Positions 41,523-53,378 of a stretch of 55,305 nucleotides of DNA are shown in pieces. Every line of letters starts with the position of its first letter. Position 1 is the stretch's first letter. A program made the position numbers and the translations under genes. This DNA comes from Batkoa obscura (taxonomy: Eukaryota), in assembly GCA_030770535.1 (NCBI GenBank), contig JASVEC010000012.1, forward strand, positions 1,302,001 through 1,357,305, given 5' to 3'. The notes under the pieces were generated by a model, which made no database searches, had not been told where the DNA came from, and saw nothing but the letters and a program-made list of their open reading frames with translations.

Positions 41523-43062
41523 GTATAAAAATAAAAAAACAAATTCAAATAATATTAAATTAATAGTTATTAATATCAGTTTTATTGTTTGAATAAATTA
41601 ATTTTATCAACATTGATTAGTAACGGTTAATATATCTTTTTCAATTTTATCATTTGTTATTATCTATTTTAGGCTTTTTTAAACGTTGTCTTTTTGGAGT
41701 TAAGAAAAAGCCTATATAATTTTTAATTTATTTTGGTTATCAATTTCTGTTTATTAAATTGTTATTGTTACTGAAGTAATGATGTTAACTTATCATTTTT
41801 AATATCAATATATTTATTTATCATAACTATGATATCTACAATATTATTATTAGCATTATAGATGAAACACTTAATTTTAACTTTATTATTTTTATTACAT
41901 TATATTTTAATAAAAAATTTCCCCATTAAACTCACACTTTATTTTTATTTTTTCTTGGTAATTATAAAAATTGGCCTATCGACCCCAAAGTTTAAAATAT
42001 TTTATTTTAAATAAAAAGGGCATAATATTATTACAAAATTAATATTGTTAACTAAAAGAGTTTTTACTTAACTTTATTTTTAGAAACTATGAATTATTTT
42101 AAAATATTAAATGTTAATATTAATCACTTTAGCTTTATATTGTATTATAAATAGTTGTTTAGTAATTGATAAGTTAAGCTAAAAATGATACCTTAATTAT
42201 ATATTAGACAAGCCATATAATGAAATCAAAATAAAACAATATTTTAAAATTCGATAGTTATTTAATATGATAGTTTTTTTTATACATTACCTTTTAAAAA
42301 TAATTCCTAACCTAATATTAAACTATGTACTTAAACTCAATATTTAATAAAAATTGATATCTTGAATTAAATATATTTTTAAAAACTTTACTATAATGTC
42401 CTTATTTAAACCCTCTATGTTTAAATAATATAATGAACCCTTTATTATAGTAGTATTATAAATTATCTTTTATAATGTCACAGCATTTACTTTAATTACA
42501 ATTTAAATTATTGAAAACTAAGCATTAAAAAGAATCGATTTTTTTAAATCTTCATCTATAAAATTTTCGAGTGATTGATTTCAACTTGAACTTTTAAAAT
42601 TTTACTACACTATGTGAGTAAGTTTAATTTTTATATAAATGTTATTCAATAATTTTTCAAACCGAATATTATATTATAAAATCCTATAGTCTTATGAATA
42701 GCAATATTAATTAATATATAAGTTTTAATTATTAAACGAGGTTAACTTGGAATCTTCTAGATATATTAAATAGGTTAACTTAGCTTCACTTTCACTTTTG
42801 TCTTATTGGATCCCATTCTTTGGCTCAGCAAACTTTTGCAAAAAAGCATTACGAAATCACTGAACCATCTGATAAAAAATCAAAAAATTCGCAATCTATT
42901 TTTTATATAGCTTTTAGTAGCAGATCGGGTTTATAATATAGTTGATTAGTGGTAGTATCTTGAAAAGTAGATCTAAGGAAATTAAATTATTTTGGTAATA
43001 TTTGATATATTAATGTTATAATAGTTTTTTAATCCATTTAAGTTAAATAAAACTAAGTTTTG

Positions 43063-46000
43063 ATGACCATTTTACCTCTAAACTTTTTGAGAGGAGGTTT
43101 AAACGGTAACTTAAAAAGGTTAAGTCAAAGCCTTTTAAATACGCCGTCTCATAATGCTATAAACAATCTGTTTACAGTTGCAAGTAAAAACAAAGGTGAA
43201 ATAAACCAAATCACCAAACCAATTGACAGTACTTTAATATCAAGCTTAACCCTTAAAAGAACCTTTTTTAATAGTGTAACAACTAGAGAAAAAGATGACG
43301 ACGATAAAGATGATAAAAAAAACATTAAGATTAATGAAGAAAAAGAAGATAGGAAAGAAAGTGAATTAAAAGAGGGTAAAGAAGAGACTGAAGTAAAAGA
43401 AAAAAGTGAGGAAAAGAAGGAAGATTTGAAAAAAGAAAAGGAGGAAAAAAATAAAGAAGAAAAAGATGATAAAGACCAAGATCCTATTAATATTATCAAA
43501 AAAGCAGTATCAGTCATTGATAGTGGGATTCAGAAGCCTAGTGTACCTGAAGTTTACCCACAACTACTTTCGATTCCAATAACTAGAAGGCCATTGTTTC
43601 CAGGATTTTACAAAGCTGTGGTAGTTAAAAACCCAGATGTCATTTCGGCAATCAAAGAACTTATGAAACGAGGACAGCCTTATATAAGCGCTTTTTTATT
43701 AAAGGATGATAATTTGGACATCGATACTATTGAGAATATGGATCAGGTTTATAATGTAGGTGTGTTTGCTCAGATTACGTCAATTTTCCCTTCAACTTCA
43801 GGAGAAGAAAATTCCTTAACCGCTGTTTTATATCCACATCGTCGTATTAGAATGTCTTCAGTTATCAATGATCCAGCTGTAGAAAAAGAAAATAAAGAAG
43901 AATCCAATAAACCCATCGAAGCCAGTTTCGAAACGGAAGTTGATAATGAAGGTAATTTAAGTTCAATAATTGGTAATAATTTTATTAATACTATGATTTA
44001 TTAGACGAAAACGCTACAATCCAATCTAGTTTATTAAGAGGAAAATATGCTGTTTCTATATCAAATGTTGAAAATATTCAAGATGAACCATGTAATAAAA
44101 AGAATCCAATGGTACGTGCTATTACAACAGAAATGGTATCTGCTTTTAAAGATATTGCCGCACTTAACTCATTCTTTCGTGATCAAATTGCCAACTTTTC
44201 AGTCGCTCAATATGCTGGTAATGTATTTGATGAACCTGGTAAACTTGCTGATTTTGCAGCTGCTATGTCTTCTGGTGAATCCAAAGAAATACAAGAGGTC
44301 CTTGAATCCTTGGTTATCGAAGAAAGGTTACAAAAATCCTTAGTTTTATTAAAGAAGGAGCTAGTAAATGCACAATTACAAAGTAAAATAAGCAAGGATG
44401 TGGATGCTAAGATAGCCAAAAGACAAAGAGAATATTATTTGATGGAACAATTGAAAGGCATTAAAAGTGAATTAGGACTTGAATCTGATGGGAAAGATAA
44501 ATTAGTCGAACAGTTTAAAGAAAAAGCAAACGAGTTGAATATGCCAGATGATGTACGTAAAGTGTTTGATGAAGAGTTGATCAAATTAAACCATTTGGAA
44601 CCAGCATCGAGTGAGTTTAATGTCACTCGAAATTATCTTGATTGGCTTACAGTAATCCCATGGGGAAAACGAGGTCCAGAAAATTATGATTTAAAGAATG
44701 CCATCAAAGTATTAGATGAAGATCACTATGGGCTTAAAGATGTTAAAGATCGTATCTTGGAATTTATTGCTGTTGGGAAATTAAGGGGTACTGTTGAAGG
44801 TAAAATTATTTGTTTAGCTGGACCACCCGGGGTTGGTAAAACATCTATTGGAAAATCTATAGCTAGAGCTTTAGGCAGGGAATTTTATCGTTTCAGTGTG
44901 GGTGGGTTAACGGATGTTGCAGAAATTAAAGGGCATCGTAGAACTTACGTTGGTGCTATGCCTGGTAAGGTAGTACAAGCTTTGAAAAAGGTACAAACAG
45001 AGAATCCATTGATTCTTATTGATGAAGTCGACAAAATTGGTCGCGGACACCAAGGTGATCCTTCTTCAGCCCTTTTAGAACTTTTAGACCCTGAACAAAA
45101 TTCTAGCTTCTTAGATCATTATATGGATGTTCATATTGATTTATCACGTGTCCTATTTGTATGTACTGCCAATGTCATTGATACAATACCTGGACCACTT
45201 TTAGATCGCATGGAAGTCATTCAATTATCCGGTTATATTGCTGATGAGAAAGCAGCTATAGCATCAAAATATTTGGCACCTCAAGCTAAAGAGGCGTGTG
45301 GCTTAAATAATGTTCAAGTCGATTTACAATCAGATGCCATTGAAGCTATTATCAAGAATTATTGTCGAGAATCAGGTGTTAGAAATTTGAAAAAGTTTAT
45401 TGAAAAAATTTATCGTAAAGTAGCATTTAAATTGGTAAAGGAGCATGAAGCTAAAGAGCCTGTCCTTCCAGCTACTGAAGAACCAACCAAACGTAAACGC
45501 AAATCTAAAAAGAATCAAGAAGTTCCAAAGTTGGATGTATCTGGTGCTTCAGTTACTATTACTCCAGATTGCCTTAAAGAATATGTCGGTCCCCCTATCT
45601 TTACTTCAGATCGACTTTATGAAACAACTCCACCAGGTGTAGTTATGGGTTTAGCATGGACATCAATGGGTAAAATTCATCATTGTTACATTTTATTATT
45701 TATTAAACTTAAACAATATAGGTGGATCTTCTTTATATATTGAATCTGTTCTTGAGTCAGCCTTAAACTCGGAATCAAAGCCAGGGTTTACACGTACGGG
45801 TCAACTTGGAGATGTTATGAAAGAATCTTCAACAATTGCTTATACCTTTTCACGTAGCTACTTAGCAAGAAAGTTCCCAAATAACCACTTTTTTGATAAA
45901 GCATCCGTGCATCTACACGTACCAGAAGGAGCCACTCCAAAAGATGGACCTTCTGCTGGTATAACTATGACCACTTCTTTGGTATCCCTTGCCTTAGATA

Positions 46001-46275
46001 AACCTATTGCCCCAACAGTAGCAATGACTGGTGAAATTACATTAACCGGTAAGGTACTAAAAATTGGAGGATTAAAAGAAAAGACTATTGCTGCTAAAAG
46101 GTCAGGAGTTACTACAATTATTTGCCCAGGGGCTAACAAGCCGGATTGGGAAGAGTTGGAAGATTATATTAGAGAAGGGTTAACTTGCCATTTTGTTGAA
46201 TGGTTTGATGAGATACCACCTATTTTGGAATTGACTACGGATAACAGGAAGCCTATACCTGCTAAAAATGATTAA
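43063..46275 (+). CDS. PIM1: Mitochondrial Lon protease
   Basis: Presequence, [10 protein letters not shown], Walker [25 protein letters not shown] catalytic Ser, GGLKEK; introns about 43952-44004 and 45670-45721. Confidence 0.96.
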
Positions 46276-46477
46276 AAATTAATTTTAAAAATTAAAATCA
46301 GATTATAATTTGAATTGAATTATTTATTGTACTTTATAAAATAACAGAAATAAATTTAAGTGGATTAAATAATGATTGACTTAAAGATAGTAACTTTTAA
46401 TAGTATATTTCAAAAACAAAAATAACTATGACGTTATCAATTATAAGCATTGATTATACAGAGATTAAAGTATTATA

Positions 46478-46820
46478 CTAGTTGCCCTGCCACTTATAAA
46501 ATTTAATTAGTATGAATTATTATTTTTAACAATTAGCTTTACCTTCATACCATCAACCGCTTGCACATGTTTATATTCATCTTTTATAGGCTTTACGTTT
46601 TTATAACTTATCCTTCTATTAATGTTTGCTTTGTTATTTTTAGTCAACTAATAATTGAATTAGAAGTTATTATAAAATTATTTTATAAAAGTCTTACTTT
46701 CTTTAATCGATTTTCAGTAGCTAATAAAAGTTTGGCTTGATCAATTTCACCTTGATTAATGTATTTGAACTCTTCGTCTAGTTCTTTATCATTACTTAAT
46801 TTTGGACAACAATTTCCCAT
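46478..46820 (-). CDS. SVIP-like small lipidated protein, diverged paralog B (3 exons)
   Basis: Not in the ORF track. MGNCCPK...QGEIDQAKLLLATENRLKK|...DGMK|WQGN*; same intron positions as the neighbour. Confidence 0.7.
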
Positions 46821-47748
46821 TTTTTGTTTTTGTTTTTGATTTCTTTTACCTTTCTTTATATACTTTTAATTTAATTTGAAATTTTATAAATTCCTGTTTA
46901 ATTTACCTTTTTAATATCTAGAACTTATTTTGGAAAATTTTGGAACAATAGAATAAGTACCACTTTCCAAATTTTTTAAGGTGGATAATATTGAATTATT
47001 CAAATCTTCACCTCCTAAAATAGTATATTAATATCCTATAATAGTATTGTATCATAAAAAATAAGTATAGTTTAACATAAATAGTATAACAAAGGTAGAA
47101 ATAACTATTCATAAAAGGGCTACTAATTAATAGCTTTTTATACTTTGTTCTATTTACTCAGAATCCGCAGCATTAGAATAATAATGTAGTCAATGCTTAT
47201 TTCTATTATATTTGTTTAATGATTTATCCTGTACTTTTATTCGAAATAGGTTATTAACCCCTACTAGTATCATTTCATTATTGTATTAAAAATCCTTGAT
47301 TTTTTTAGCAGTTTATATTCTGAGTTTTATGTTATAAGCTGCTTATTGTAACAAGTTTTATCTAAGAATACTAATATTATTAGTATAAGCTTAAAGTATG
47401 CTAAAAAGTAATCTTAGCCAGTAACAATAGATCACTATCGTTAAATATACTATATATTAAATGTTTGTTATGTAAACATGATACAATTTAAATTATATAT
47501 ATGGTTTTAATAAATGTTATGAAGATATAGTACCAATTTAGAACAGTAGATCCTTAATTAACCATTACTCATGTGGAATCATTAAAAGTAAGAAATAACT
47601 AATTATAAAACAGTAGCTAATTATTCTTATAAATTATATTATAGATTAAACTGATTTTCGATTCCAACAATACTAAACTTAATAAACAGGTTTTCAAAAA
47701 TAGAAAGTAACAACGTAAAATTGACTTAAAACCATCTTTTCCTCTTCC

Positions 47749-48224
47749 TTAATCAGCTCTCCACTAAAAAATATTACTATCAGTCCTTCTTTATAATCGA
47801 AGTTATTTCTTTACCTTCATATTGTCTTCGAGTTGTTTTCGTTCATAATCTTCTTTAGCATAATCACTCAGTTTTTTGGTTTTTTCTTCTTGGAGCTTTT
47901 GGCTTAATTTGCCTTGTCCTTTTTGGGAACCTCGGGTGTTGGCCTGTTTATACAATCAATTTAATATTTTATCAACTAATAATCGGATTTTACCTCTTGT
48001 AACCTTTTTTCTGTAGCTTCTAAAATTTTCTGCCTGTTAATTTCACCTTGTTCCTGGTTGCTTTTAGCAGCTGGTTCTGGTTTTGCAACTGTGCCAGAGC
48101 TAATGTGCTCTAGCGGAATGCTTTCTGAATTACCTCCCAGCCTTTGTCCTTTCCCCGCTAAAGTTTTACCCTCGCCTTTATTTATGCGATCTGGTTTAGC
48201 TTCTCTTCCACAACAGTTTCCCAT
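47749..48224 (-). CDS. SVIP-like (small VCP/p97-interacting) protein, paralog A (3 exons)
   Basis: MGNCCG acylation motif, GQRLGG, VIM-like RQKILEATEKR, GKLSQKL, ends MK|WRAD*. Confidence 0.75.
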
Positions 48225-48538
48225 ACTATGCTTCAATGAAAAATGAGTTTTAATTTATCAAGTTTTAGTACTTGAATTTTATTTCTCCAGCCAATTAATC
48301 CTTTAAAAATGCTAAAATAGGTTCAAATAAGGAAATTTACCCAATGAATTAATCTGTGACTTGGTTTTTATAGCTTATGTAAAAGCCAGGTTTATTATCC
48401 AATCATAATCCAAGATTTAGATGGCAATTTTAACTTTATGTCATTTTAAAATTTCAATGCCTTCTATCAAATATATTGGGATTTTATTTATTTTATAAAA
48501 TTCAATATTTGAATTCAACATTATATTAGTATAGCATT

Positions 48539-49470
48539 ATGAGATCAAGTGGCGATAAAAAGAGTGAAGTTGTAGTAAAATAAATTTATAACGAAATTAA
48601 AATTAAAGTGATAATATTTTAAAGGAGACAAGCAGTGTAAGCGCAACTAAAATAAATCAAATTATGAAGCTTAAATATAAAGCTCAAAAAGTAATAATAA
48701 ACATGTATTGTGTGAATTTTAAATAAATTTCATGTTATATAGCTATTAAAGCCAAGCCATTCAGCACCTATATATTTATCAAAAAAAGACGAGTTTACTA
48801 TTGATGAGCTTAATCAAAACTGCCTTCAAATACAAAATACAGTAAATTATATTTTATATTAATTGGTAACTAAACTTAGCATTAGGCGCCTGCTAGTAAT
48901 TCTTAAATTTAAATTGATTATTGAGACATTGAATCATAAACTTTAATAGATCATATAGTACATATTAGCTCATTGAATCGAATACTTGAAAAAGAAATAA
49001 CAATTAAATCGAATGAACTGAGATTAAAAATAAGCCTGAACTATGAAATGAGAAAGAAAGTGCTTGATTTGTGTAGTAAATCAGATTATTTGGATAATTT
49101 AGAAGTTGAAAACGGAGAATTGTTGAAGGAGATCAAAGCAAACGATCAATATAATGAAAGAGTTATTAATCAATTTAAAGTATTTATGGAGAAATATGAT
49201 CAGATGATAGAGGAAAAATCGATGCAACTTATTGAGTTGTATGAAAAAAAACAAAATTTGCAAAATGAAAATAAGGAGTTTATAAAACTTTTGCTTTCTG
49301 CTTTAGAAAAGGATGATGTCATTATGGATATTGAGAATACTGAAAGACCTGAGATACCACCTTCGAATTTGAGTTTTTTCTGGAGTTATAGTAAGAAACT
49401 TGATTATGATTTATATCGGGCACAGTTAAAAGTGAATGAGTTGATTAAAGAAAATAATGAGGTATTATAA
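48539..49470 (+). CDS. Coiled-coil hypothetical protein, multi-exon, 3' end uncertain
   Basis: ATG at 48539 and GT-AG-bounded exons (including a probable 10 nt exon at 48886-48895) join in frame to the 165 aa heptad-rich ORF. Confidence 0.5.
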
Positions 49471-49806
49471 TTAATATATATATTATTAGATTGATTCATT
49501 ACCTTTAGCTTCAAACAAAGTCAATAGGTTCTTAAGACAATAGCTTTGAATAAACTATTTGCTTTTCTATTTATAAAAAAATAAAATATTTCAATTCTTT
49601 GTTTTAGAAATATCTCAATGAATTAGAATCATACTTAACTCTTTATATAATATTGAATAATTAATCAGAGCATAACGCTATTATAGTATTAAAAGAATAA
49701 GCTAATAGATATTTCGTCTATTAGAATAAAAATCTCTTTAAATCAGCCTACTCAATTTAATTAAAAAAACTCAATATATTTTATTAAATAAAAATAAAAA
49801 AATCCG

Positions 49807-50365
49807 TTAATTAGAAGCAAACAGTATAATCCCAATACAAACCAAGATTACTTCAACGCTCATTTTAGTAGTGACTGACTTGGAATCAAAGATAGATGGT
49901 GTCCTAGCAGTGGAAGTTGAAGTAGTTGATGTTAAGGAAGAAGCGACAGTATTATTCGGTTTTTTAGTTGAATCATCAACATTACATACGTACTTCTTGA
50001 CACAGTCTTGGGCACAAGAATTGTCATCCCCACAATCAGCAAGGCAATTGGTTCCCTTAATTTGACATGTTGCAAATGAGGCTGGGAATGTAAGGTCTAA
50101 AAATAATGTTAGTTTCATTTTTTGTTTATAATAAAATCAAAGTCTTACTGGATGGACTAACGGTATATTGGTTTCCACATATACAACTGAAATTGAAGGT
50201 ATCTGGATCACAAGTGTTTACGGTATCAGACGAACCTATGTTGGAACATACAGTGGAGCATGTTTGTATGTTTCTTTCACACACCTCAGGCCTTTGGCTA
50301 TCATCATAGACTTGGGCTAGGATTATATATTGATAGAAGAGAAATATTATTGCAATTAATTTCAT
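49807..50365 (-). CDS. Small secreted, probably GPI-anchored Cys-rich cell-surface protein (2 exons)
   Basis: Signal peptide, 12 Cys, Ser/Thr stalk, hydrophobic C terminus; intron about 50097-50148 joins the two ORF-track fragments. Confidence 0.8.
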
Positions 50366-50866
50366 AATTTGAGTACTTAAAATAAATAAAATGGGAGTTA
50401 ATTTCTTTTTGGTTTGCTTTTATAATTCGATTTTTATTAGTAGTTATTTGTTTGATTTAATTTAATTTAATTTGAAAGCCACTCTCTCATCTATTAATAA
50501 ATTTAAACTACCTTGTAGGTTACCAAGCATTATAAAAAGTGTTAGGAATTCTAAAGTTCCTGTTTAACCTGTTTTGTTTAATCGGTTACTTTTGGTTAAA
50601 ATAAAATTTAAAGTGAAGTCACTTCGTATAAAAATAACTTAATTTATTTTTATCTTAGTATTTTTTGGATATAAATAGAACGTTGTTTATTTATAATTAT
50701 TATTTGATTTTTTTGAAGTTTGGATCAAAAATCTCTTGGCTGAAAACTAAAGTGGTGTGGAAACTGCCTTTATCTTATCACTTTATTTATGCATAGTTTA
50801 ATTTGGTTTTTTGAACTGGAAATTAAATGCTTTAATTTATTAAAATTACCTTTATAATTAACATAT

Positions 50867-50960
50867 GAGGATGTATTTTTGTTTAAGTTTACTAACAATA
50901 TTTTCACTCAAATTAGCGCCTAAAAAGTGGAAAAAGCGATGAAACCAAAAAAGCATCCAC
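50867..50960 (+). mobile_element. Family A MITE (empty-site copy)
   Basis: GAGGATG...CATCCAC flanked by ATAT/ATAT. Confidence 0.75.
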
Positions 50961-51149
50961 ATATAATAAAAGATCTAATAATAAAAGTTTTTTTAATATT
51001 TTGTATTAAAATGCTATAAATATAAAATATATTATTTGTTATAATATAATATTATAACTTTTAATTATAAACTTTAAGATGTAAAAATAATATTTTTTAT
51101 AGCAATCTTAAATAATAAAATGACAAATTAATGTATATAAATTTAATAT

Positions 51150-51728
51150 GTGTTTTTTTGGTTTTGTGAAATATCGGTTCATTAGCTCTAGGATTGATTA
51201 TAATATGATAATCAATTCAGAGTTCCTTATATAGATTTGCTGTGAGAATTGCTACCACCTGATCATGAAGAACTTATTGTCCACGTTTTAATGTCCATAC
51301 TTGGCAACTATAATAAGGAATAACTGTTATAATGTTCCTTATATATAGCCACCCAGTTGGAGTATAAAAGAGATTCTTCAACATACTAACTCAAGGCTTT
51401 TTTATTGAATTATTCCCTGATAACGTATCACTAATAAAGTCACTAAGTCTTTCTGGCAATATCTTACGTAGGTTTTACGGTAGTATCTTCTATTATATTT
51501 GTTTTACATAATTCGTAACTTATTACGTATTATTTCTATTAAGTTAAGTCTATCTTAGTTACATAAACTAAGACCGTTCGACTCAAAGCAACTTAATTAA
51601 GCAAGAGTAGCTTTTAACTCCAACCATTGAGTATCAACTTTCACAGTTTCATCACTTTTTCCATTTTTTAAGCGCTATTTAAGCGGAAAGATTGTTAGTA
51701 AACTTCTTAAACAAAAAAATATATCCTC
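51150..51728 (-). mobile_element. Family A MITE split by solo-LTR copy 1
   Basis: MITE pieces 51150-51164 and 51646-51728 rejoin across a duplicated GTTT. Confidence 0.75.
51165..51645 (+). mobile_element. Solo-LTR-like element, family B copy 1 (481 bp)
   Basis: TGTGAAA...TTTCACA ends, GTTT target duplication, internal TATAAAA (~51363) followed by AATAAA (~51433). Confidence 0.8.
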
Positions 51729-52339
51729 ATATGTTAATTATAAAGGTAATCTTTAAAATTAAATTATTATTATATAAATTATAGTTAATTTGATTACAAA
51801 AATGATTGCATTTTTTAAATAATCCCTGTAATATCAATCAATTAATGAAACAATTGATTGATATAAAATATTAAGTAAATATTAAGTAAATATTAATTTT
51901 TTTAATAAAATATTAATTTTTATTGAATAAATTACTGATTAAATTTAATCAAACATAAATATTAACTTTAATTTTAACTTAATTTTAATTTTATTAAAAA
52001 TAAAAATAGCTTTAAGTAAACTTTTAATGATAATTTCAATATTGAAAATTTAATTATTAATTATAAAAGTTAGTCCTCAGTAGTTAGAGTTAGAAAGCAG
52101 TCTTTGCTTAATTAACTGGTTATAGTTGGAAAAGTTTTAATTTATGTAACTAAAACAAGTTTAAATTAACAAAAATAGCCTATAATAAGCTAAACACTAT
52201 ATAAAATAGATAAAATAGAAAATATTACTACAAAATGTATATAAAATATTATAAAACTTAGTGGCTTTATTAAAAGTCTAATATAAGAAAACAATTTAAT
52301 CAAAAAGCTATAAGTTATTATGTTAATTTTATTTTATAT

Positions 52340-52438
52340 AGGGATGTGTTTTTTTATTCAAGAAGTTTACTAACAATCTTTCTGCTCAAATATCGCTTAA
52401 AAAATGGAAAAAATAATGAAGCCAAAAAGAAACACCCT
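52340..52438 (+). mobile_element. 99 bp MITE, family A
   Basis: AGGGATG...CACCCT flanked by ATAT/ATAT. Confidence 0.8.
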
Positions 52439-52490
52439 ATATGAATTATAATTTAAAATATTTATATTTATTTTCAAATTAAAATACTTA

Positions 52491-52975
52491 TGTGAAATAT
52501 TGGTTTATCAGCTCTCTGTGGAATATTGGTTTATCAGGTCTCGGATTAATTATAAGATAATAATGATTTAACTTGTTTACAAAACTAGTTGTAGTCTTGT
52601 AATCAATTTGACTGTGATCCATGTGGTATAATCAATCCAGAGTTCCTTGTTTTGATTTACTGTGAGAATTTCTAACTTCACATTGCAAAGAATATAAAAG
52701 AGATTCTTCAACATGATAACTCGATGCTTTTTAACTGAATTACTCCCTGATATCGTACCATTAATAAAGCCACTAAGTCTTTCTGACAACATCTTAGGTA
52801 GATTTTACAGTAGTATTGTCTATTCTATTTGTTTTATATAGTTCGTAACTTATTACGTATTATTCTTATTCATTTAAGTCTATCTTAGTTATATAAACTA
52901 AGACCTTTCGACTCAAGGCAAGTTAATCAACCAAGAACTGCTTTTAACTCCTATCATTAAGTACCAACTTTCACA
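52491..52975 (+). mobile_element. Solo-LTR-like element, family B copy 2
   Basis: Same termini and internal sequence; 26 bp tandem duplication at the 5' end; flanks CTTA/AAGC do not match, so no TSD. Confidence 0.75.
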
Positions 52976-53296
52976 AAGCAAACCTAAACTTTGGGAGAAA
53001 AGTATATAAAAAATAAAAAACAATAATAATAACAATAATATAACAAAATGTAAAAAAATACAAAAATGGTTTTTTTGATTTTATCATTTTTTTCATTTTT
53101 TAAATGTTATTTAAGTAAAATAACTATTAAGAAAATTTACAGAAAAGCACATTTATATATATATAAAATTATACCAAAAAACACTTAATATAGCTAAAAA
53201 AAATACATCCCTGTATATAAACTCTAAATTGATTTTAAAACTTTTTTATTTAAAAATTACAACTTTTATATTTCCAATAAGTTTGCATTATAATAT

Positions 53297-53378
53297 GGGG
53301 ATGTATTTTTTTGTTTAAGAAGTTTACTAACAATCCTTCCGCTTAAATAGCGCTTGAAAATGTAAAAAATAATGAAGC
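53297..53378 (+). mobile_element. Family A MITE truncated by LTR insertion
   Basis: ATAT-GGGGATG start, colinear up to AATGAAGC, then LTR; the distal MITE end is missing. Confidence 0.78.

Noticed and set aside
43149..46139. Overlapping antisense and alternate-frame ORFs within Lon (similar ones within chitin synthase, GH16 and FCF1)
   Set aside because: Shadows of long genuine CDSs with no independent motifs.
52577..52792. 71 aa ORF in the subtelomere
   Set aside because: Lies inside LTR copy 2; the equivalent region of other copies contains stops or indels.
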